Of a stretch of DNA of 41,381 nt, positions 36,713-41,381 are shown in pieces; position 1 is the stretch's first letter; every line of letters starts with the position of its first letter. The stretch is from positions 1 to 41,381 of the IMG/VR virus record IMGVR_UViG_3300022178_000578; one strand, given 5' to 3'. Below the pieces are notes generated by a model that was given only the letters and a program-made list of their open reading frames with translations, had not been told where the DNA came from and ran no database searches. Origin of the DNA: a virus. Lineage: Duplodnaviria; Caudoviricetes. A program made the translations under genes and the position numbers.

Positions 36713-38626
36713 TTATCTCCAGGGTATTTCGTTCCAGTCCATGGTATCATACTTATCGTAACTTGGTGAGTAATCATAGGACATATCTTCATAAGTTAAT
36801 CTTGTTAAAGTTCTTACAGTTTTCATAGGAAACCAAGAAGCCATCACTACATCTGATGCAATTGCCCTACTAGTACCCTGTCCTTTAGAGGCAAAGTATG
36901 TTAATTGTTTAGTATAAAGTATTGATTTAGATATAGCTTCATCATCTCCAAATGGCAAAGTAATAATACCTTCTTGAAACATAGGTGCTAATGATGTTAC
37001 ACCAAACTTTTGGTCCCACTTGTTTTTATGTGTTTCATGTCCTTCTAACTTAATACCTTGTGAAGCAGCAAATTTTTTAATTCTATCATCTTGTCTAATT
37101 GCTTTTTGAAATCCGTTCTCTTCTATAACCCAGTGATAACAACCATATCTGTCATACCATTTCTTAATAAGTTCCAATGCTTCATCTAGACCACCACCTT
37201 GGTGGTTTTCTAAATCAACCAATGTTAACTTAGGTTTGTTATCTTCTGTTTCTACTGCCCATAAGAATCCTGCTTGATAGCCTGTTGCAGCAGGGTCAAG
37301 TCCAGCAACTAGGTAACTACCTTGTGGAATGTAACCTAGTGGTATTGATGTGTCGTAACATTTTTCTATAATCTCTGGATTAAATATATTTAGTCCTTCT
37401 GCCATAGCTTTATTCAGATAAACCATCTCAAAGTTTTTTAACCCACCTGTAGTAAGTGCGTCATTTTTTCTATTCATTAACCATTTAAAAGTTCTAAAAC
37501 TACTCCACAACATACAGTCAACATGTTTCTCTTCGTCAAACTCTGCTAGAGAACACATGCTGTCATGTGCCTCTTCTACTATTGTTTCCCATGCATTGTT
37601 GTTTAACAAAGCAGAATATAAATCTTCAGGGTGTTGTCTAGAGCCAATAAGAACCATAGCTGTATGTTCTTCTTTTCTTGAACCTAATGTAGTCGTCCAC
37701 CATTGTTTTGTATTTTCTCTTGACTTAGGTTGCATAGTAGAGCTGTGGTCTTCAATGTCATCTGCAATAATTATGTCACAGTCTCTTGATAAAATCTTAC
37801 CACCTCGTCCAATACCTATCATTGTAGGTGACTTGATACCAGGTATAGTTCTAGTAGCAACAGTAAATTGATTTTGTGACCAAGACTTACCTGTTCTGTT
37901 AGCTGGTTTAAAATTACCACCTGGTCCACAATAGGCTTCTTTAAGTTTATCATTGTTATCTAATGTATCCATAATTGATGATACAGAGTTTTTAGCTATG
38001 TCCTCGTTACCACCTACCCACATAATTCTCATATTAGGGTTTGTGCATATAAGCCAAACTACAAAATGTATAAGAAGTTCTGTCTTGCCATGTCTAGGTG
38101 GAGAGAGAATCATTTGTTGTCCACCTGTGTCAATAGCTTTTATAATTGAGTCTATCCACACTTTGTGAAAATCTGCTGTCTCAAACAGTTCACCTTTCTC
38201 TGTTTGGAAATACATATCTCTAAAATCTTGAAAGTCTTTTTCTGCTTGTAAGGTAGCTTCTGATTTCTCCCAGCTTTGTGTTGCTGCTGCCTGTTGTATA
38301 TCTTCTTGATAAGCACCTAGTAATCTAGAAATGTGTGCTGGTGTGCAACCTAACAACTCTGCTATCTCTTTACGTTTCATATTGTTATTAATTAAATCTA
38401 GTGCATAACCTTCTTCTACAAATTTGTCATACAACGCACCTCTTCTAGTTGTAGCTACTTGTGTTTTGTTAATTGATTTTTCTTCAGGTTTATATTCACG
38501 ATTAAGTTTGTCTGCTCTATGTACTCTTTTTTGTTCTCTCCACTTGCATGTATCAGAACAATATTTTCTTTTACCTTTTGATAATGAATTTGTACATTCA
38601 GGAGAAACGCAAACTAAATTTGGCAT
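36713..38626 (-). CDS. terL: Terminase large subunit with N-terminal Zn-finger and HTH
   Basis: Walker A PPRHGKT, Walker B IIIADD, coupling motif IGSR, nuclease GLDPA and IEENGFQ. Confidence 0.93.
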   Translation of the reverse strand: MPNLVCVSPECTNSLSKGKRKYCSDTCKWREQKRVHRADKLNREYKPEEKSINKTQVATTRRGALYDKFVEEGYALDLINNNMKRKEIAELLGCTPAHISRLLGAYQEDIQQAAATQSWEKSEATLQAEKDFQDFRDMYFQTEKGELFETADFHKVWIDSIIKAIDTGGQQMILSPPRHGKTELLIHFVVWLICTNPNMRIMWVGGNEDIAKNSVSSIMDTLDNNDKLKEAYCGPGGNFKPANRTGKSWSQNQFTVATRTIPGIKSPTMIGIGRGGKILSRDCDIIIADDIEDHSSTMQPKSRENTKQWWTTTLGSRKEEHTAMVLIGSRQHPEDLYSALLNNNAWETIVEEAHDSMCSLAEFDEEKHVDCMLWSSFRTFKWLMNRKNDALTTGGLKNFEMVYLNKAMAEGLNIFNPEIIEKCYDTSIPLGYIPQGSYLVAGLDPAATGYQAGFLWAVETEDNKPKLTLVDLENHQGGGLDEALELIKKWYDRYGCYHWVIEENGFQKAIRQDDRIKKFAASQGIKLEGHETHKNKWDQKFGVTSLAPMFQEGIITLPFGDDEAISKSILYTKQLTYFASKGQGTSRAIASDVVMASWFPMKTVRTLTRLTYEDMSYDYSPSYDKYDTMDWNEIPWR

Positions 38627-38841
38627 TATTCTTCTTCAGCTAATTTGTTTGCTTCTTCTACCATAACTATCATGTTGTAGTTATAATCATCTACGAATTT
38701 TTCTATAAGAGTATCTATCTTAGATGTGTTAGGTTTTTTATCTATTATAGGGCTACCGCATGCTGCAGATAACTCCATTGCCCATAATTTTAAATCTTCA
38801 GGTTTTACAAAAATATTTTTTTGTTGTTTTATTTTTGCCAT
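38626..38841 (-). CDS. Hypothetical protein
   Basis: 71 aa, TAATG coupled on both sides. Confidence 0.75.
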   Translation of the reverse strand: MAKIKQQKNIFVKPEDLKLWAMELSAACGSPIIDKKPNTSKIDTLIEKFVDDYNYNMIVMVEEANKLAEEE

Positions 38842-38963
38842 TATTTTTTCTTTATTTTTTTTACTTTGCCATTAACTGTTCTAGCATATTTATGTGTTTT
38901 AGTTTCTCTTATTAAAGTACCGTAGTGACGCTTGCCACCCCACATCCAACTTACTTTTGCCAT
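38841..38963 (-). CDS. 40-aa basic microprotein (not in ORF track)
   Basis: MAKVSWMWGGKRHYGTLIRETKTHKYARTVNGKVKKIKKK. Confidence 0.75.
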   Translation of the reverse strand: MAKVSWMWGGKRHYGTLIRETKTHKYARTVNGKVKKIKKK

Positions 38964-38964
38964 A

Positions 38965-39231
38965 TTACCACTTTACCTTATTTGCCCAGTAAGCTGCAGA
39001 CATCTTACCTTTTTTAATATTCTTAGCGTGTCGTGCTTTAAAAGACTTTCGTCTTGCTTTAGACTTCGCATCAGTCTTCTTACCAGCACCAGATACACCT
39101 TGTTGACCAAATCTAATGAGTTTAATTTTGTCACCTTCTTTAGCTAGGACTGCATGTGACTTACTAGCTTTAGGAGTTCTCTTAGGTTTATTGTACCCTG
39201 AAAACTTCTCACCTCTATATTCAATAGCCAT
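38965..39231 (-). CDS. Basic phage protein
   Basis: GYNKPKRTP...IRFGQQG...RKSFKARH...SAAYWA..KW, a motif recalled from aquatic phages. Confidence 0.85.
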   Translation of the reverse strand: MAIEYRGEKFSGYNKPKRTPKASKSHAVLAKEGDKIKLIRFGQQGVSGAGKKTDAKSKARRKSFKARHAKNIKKGKMSAAYWANKVKW

Positions 39232-39362
39232 TACTTTTTAGGTTTCTTTTTATATAGTCGTTTACTATTTTTAGTATGTTTCTTGCCAGAATGAATCTGA
39301 CCGTTAGGCATCTTATGATGAGCTCCTTTATACTCTTTACCTGCTTTTGTATACACCTTCAT
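39231..39362 (-). CDS. 43-aa basic His-rich microprotein (not in ORF track)
   Basis: MKVYTKAGKEYKGAHHKMPNGQIHSGKKHTKNSKRLYKKKPKK; GAGG SD. Confidence 0.75.
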   Translation of the reverse strand: MKVYTKAGKEYKGAHHKMPNGQIHSGKKHTKNSKRLYKKKPKK

Positions 39363-39364
39363 TT

Positions 39365-39436
39365 TTAATACATGCCTCGTTTAGTCTTCTTCTTTGCACT
39401 GTATTTTTTCTTCTTGCCTTTTTTGCCTATTGGCAT
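39365..39436 (-). CDS. 23-aa Lys-rich peptide (not in ORF track)
   Basis: AAGGAG SD; MPIGKKGKKKKYSAKKKTKRGMY. Confidence 0.65.
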   Translation of the reverse strand: MPIGKKGKKKKYSAKKKTKRGMY

Positions 39437-39554
39437 CATATCTCCTTAGTTTCTTATTGTACTCTGTACAACCTAGATTAACACATTTCTTATGTTTATC
39501 ACTAATTTCTAGTTCTCTTTTGCAACTCTTACAAATTGTTACGAACTTGCTCAT
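39381..39554 (-). CDS. 57-aa Zn-ribbon protein (not in ORF track)
   Basis: CKSC...CVNLGC; TAACAT lies 7 nt before the ATG, no SD. Confidence 0.65.
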   Translation of the reverse strand: MSKFVTICKSCKRELEISDKHKKCVNLGCTEYNKKLRRYDANRQKRQEEKIQCKEED

Positions 39555-39595
39555 CTAAATAATGTTAGACACATTTAACCAAGATTTCACCATTC

Positions 39596-39623
39596 TTGCA
39601 TATATAAACTTTACTGTTATAGT
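39596..39623 (+). promoter_or_regulatory. Promoter of the candidate ncRNA
   Basis: TTGCAT, 16 nt, then TATAGT with extended TG; same layout as the 5173 promoter. Confidence 0.65.
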
Positions 39624-39629
39624 TAACCT

Positions 39630-39860
39630 ACAAACATATTTTAATAAGGTATTTACAGGTAAAGGAGCTATCGGACGGCTGAAAGCTAGATACTTACAAC
39701 TAAGTAAGGACTGGGATTACCACAAGTCTAGTACCCAAGGATTACAATTTATTAAAATTTCAAAAAATTTACACACACATGTCCGCTAACGCCCTACAAG
39801 ACATACACATAAAGAAACACTACTCCTTTAAAAACAACTTTTAAAGAGTTGTCTTTCTTT
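39630..39860 (+). ncRNA. Candidate structured ncRNA
   Basis: Promoter upstream; nested helices 39660-67/39823-30 and 39672-77/39780-85; internal hairpins; terminator-like hairpin 39834-52 followed by CTTTCTTT. Confidence 0.55.
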
Positions 39861-40328
39861 CCCATTACTGTTAAAGTAGGACATAGTGAACGGTGGTGTA
39901 GTTTCACAACTATACCTTCCTTGTCGTGTAATATACCTGCTACGCCACTATTCACCTAGTACAAATTACCACATAATTTCTAAGGACTTACGTACTATAT
40001 ATAGGGGGGTGCCAGGTTAAATCCCCCCTCATGCACGCACACGCCTGCATAATGCGTATGCATATATAGGGAAATCTAAATCTAAAGTTTACATCTAGAT
40101 TATGCCCTTATGCGTATATATGCCCCTATGTGTCCCACGCTTGAATGAAAATACATTCCCATGCATTGAAACGCTTGTAAGATTCTCACGCCCTTACGCG
40201 TAGGAAAACAGAATCAAACTCTCCAGGAAAAAAACAAGCTCACAAAGTTTTCAAATAAAAAAGCTAATTGAAACCTAGCTAAAACAGAAAAGCGATCTCC
40301 AGCCGAACGACTCATGAATTTTTGGTGC

Positions 40329-40357
40329 TTGACAAGTTTGGGCAGGTCGATTAAGTT
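40329..40357 (+). promoter_or_regulatory. Strong host-type promoter
   Basis: TTGACA-17 nt-TAAGTT, followed by hairpin GTCCGAAA / TTTCGGGC (40370-40390). Confidence 0.75.
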
Positions 40358-40410
40358 TGATTTCAACAAGTCCGAAAAAACATTTCGGGCATAACGAAAA
40401 GGGGCATCTA

Positions 40411-40824
40411 ATGTCAACTAAAAAAGAAACGATTCGGGAGGATTTATTCCAACCTTATCGCACTAAATTCGGGGCGTACGTTGTTGTGAAAACACGAGGT
40501 AGCATATCCGAAAAATACGATAAAGAATCTGAGGGAAAAACTCGTTATATTATATGCGAGCTATCCGAAGGAAACTACAAGCCATTGGGCGTTTTAAAGC
40601 AATACGAGGCAGTAATCCAATTCAAAGAATTGATGAATTTAGCCCCAAATCCTTTAAATCGTAAGGCGTTAAAACCATTGAAAAATGGTCAGATGTCAGC
40701 CGAATTTATGAGCTTGATTGGTAGCAATAAAATTGCTAATGAATTCGAGGGAAAAGTCCCAACGATTCAACAGTCTAAGGCGTACATGAATTCTAAATTC
40801 AAGGGTAGCCCACTAGATTACTAA
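40411..40824 (+). CDS. Orphan basic protein (137 aa), monocistronic
   Basis: AAGGGG SD then ATG 40411; has its own promoter and terminator. Confidence 0.8.
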   Translation: MSTKKETIREDLFQPYRTKFGAYVVVKTRGSISEKYDKESEGKTRYIICELSEGNYKPLGVLKQYEAVIQFKELMNLAPNPLNRKALKPLKNGQMSAEFMSLIGSNKIANEFEGKVPTIQQSKAYMNSKFKGSPLDY

Positions 40825-40838
40825 GCCTAAACGAAAAA

Positions 40839-40874
40839 GCCCTCTCACGCTCACGCGTGGGGGGGTTTTTTTTT
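40839..40874 (+). terminator. Intrinsic terminator
   Basis: 12-bp stem GCCCTCTCACGC / GCGTGGGGGGGT, loop TCAC, T9. Confidence 0.9.
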
Positions 40875-40875
40875 G

Positions 40876-41381
40876 TCCATTCCCCTATGCATTATGCATA
40901 CATTCGCGATATCTCAAAACACGTCCCTTAACTCCTAACATTCACCTAGTTTGCTATCTGAGAGCCTCGAGGTTGGATTCTAAGGGGGGGGAGTCGTTCA
41001 AGTGGTCGACTGTTGCACGATTCAAAATACTATGCCTTAAATCGCCTTATTTGAGCTTACAGAGGAAAAGCCCTATTTCATTGGGTTTCGCCCTATATTT
41101 CATTATATCACATACGCCCCTATATATGTAATGAAATTTATTTTTTTTTATCCCTGAATATTCGCGATATCCCCCTATGCAGACCTAAACATATGCATAT
41201 ATAGGTGAACATTTCTCAGCTCTACTATATATGGTATGCTTATGCATATCTATTATGCATAATGTTTATATATATAAATGTGAACATTTCTCAGCTCTCT
41301 TAATTTTATGCATAGGTAGAGATTTCTCCTTTGCATACTCTATATAGAAAAAAAACTTTGAACTTTTTTTTTGTATATTTA
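40876..41381. repeat. Non-coding repeat-rich region
   Basis: GTGAACATTTCTCAGCTCT at 41205 and 41280; ATTCGCGATATC at 40902 and 41160; many TATGCAT and CCCTAT motifs. Confidence 0.85.

Noticed and set aside
39562-39789. 75-aa plus-strand ORF
   Set aside because: No SD, its ATG lies upstream of the predicted promoter, and it overlaps a better-supported RNA structure; not fully excluded.
39797-39884. Tiny minus-strand ORFs (MSYFNSNG..., MGKKDNSLKVVF...)
   Set aside because: No convincing SD or other support.
41205-41298. 19-bp direct repeat as a CRISPR mini-array
   Set aside because: Only two copies, too short, a 56-nt low-complexity gap and no cas genes.
1-41381. tRNA genes, integrase/att site, alternative genetic code, terminal repeat
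   Set aside because: No cloverleaf or recombinase motifs seen, genes read fully in the standard code, and the window ends do not repeat each other.

Overview
AT-rich, gene-dense, tailed dsDNA phage sequence of short-tailed (podovirus-like) type, close to genome length. An actinobacterial host is inferred from the r1t-type holin and apparently leaderless genes; the host is not proven. The plus strand (142-7777) carries an early module: Zn-finger microproteins, a MoxR/CobS-like AAA+ ATPase with a vWA partner, an HTH protein, a metallophosphoesterase, a Rad52/Sak-like annealase and a second HTH. The minus strand (39554 to 7781) carries the late module: basic microproteins, a terminase with an N-terminal Zn-finger plus HTH, portal, five large probable ejection proteins (one with a split cpYpsA/SLOG domain, one a GH24 lysozyme), scaffold, major capsid, tail parts, two fibres, a duplicated three-gene receptor-binding cassette, and a membrane/lysis operon with a very acidic 709-aa protein. 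Region 39590-41381 is a control region with a candidate stand-alone structured ncRNA, an isolated orphan gene, and a repeat family also found near 5060-5140. No DNA polymerase, primase, helicase, integrase or WhiB was recognised. All calls come from reading motifs by eye; no searches or folding programs were run.
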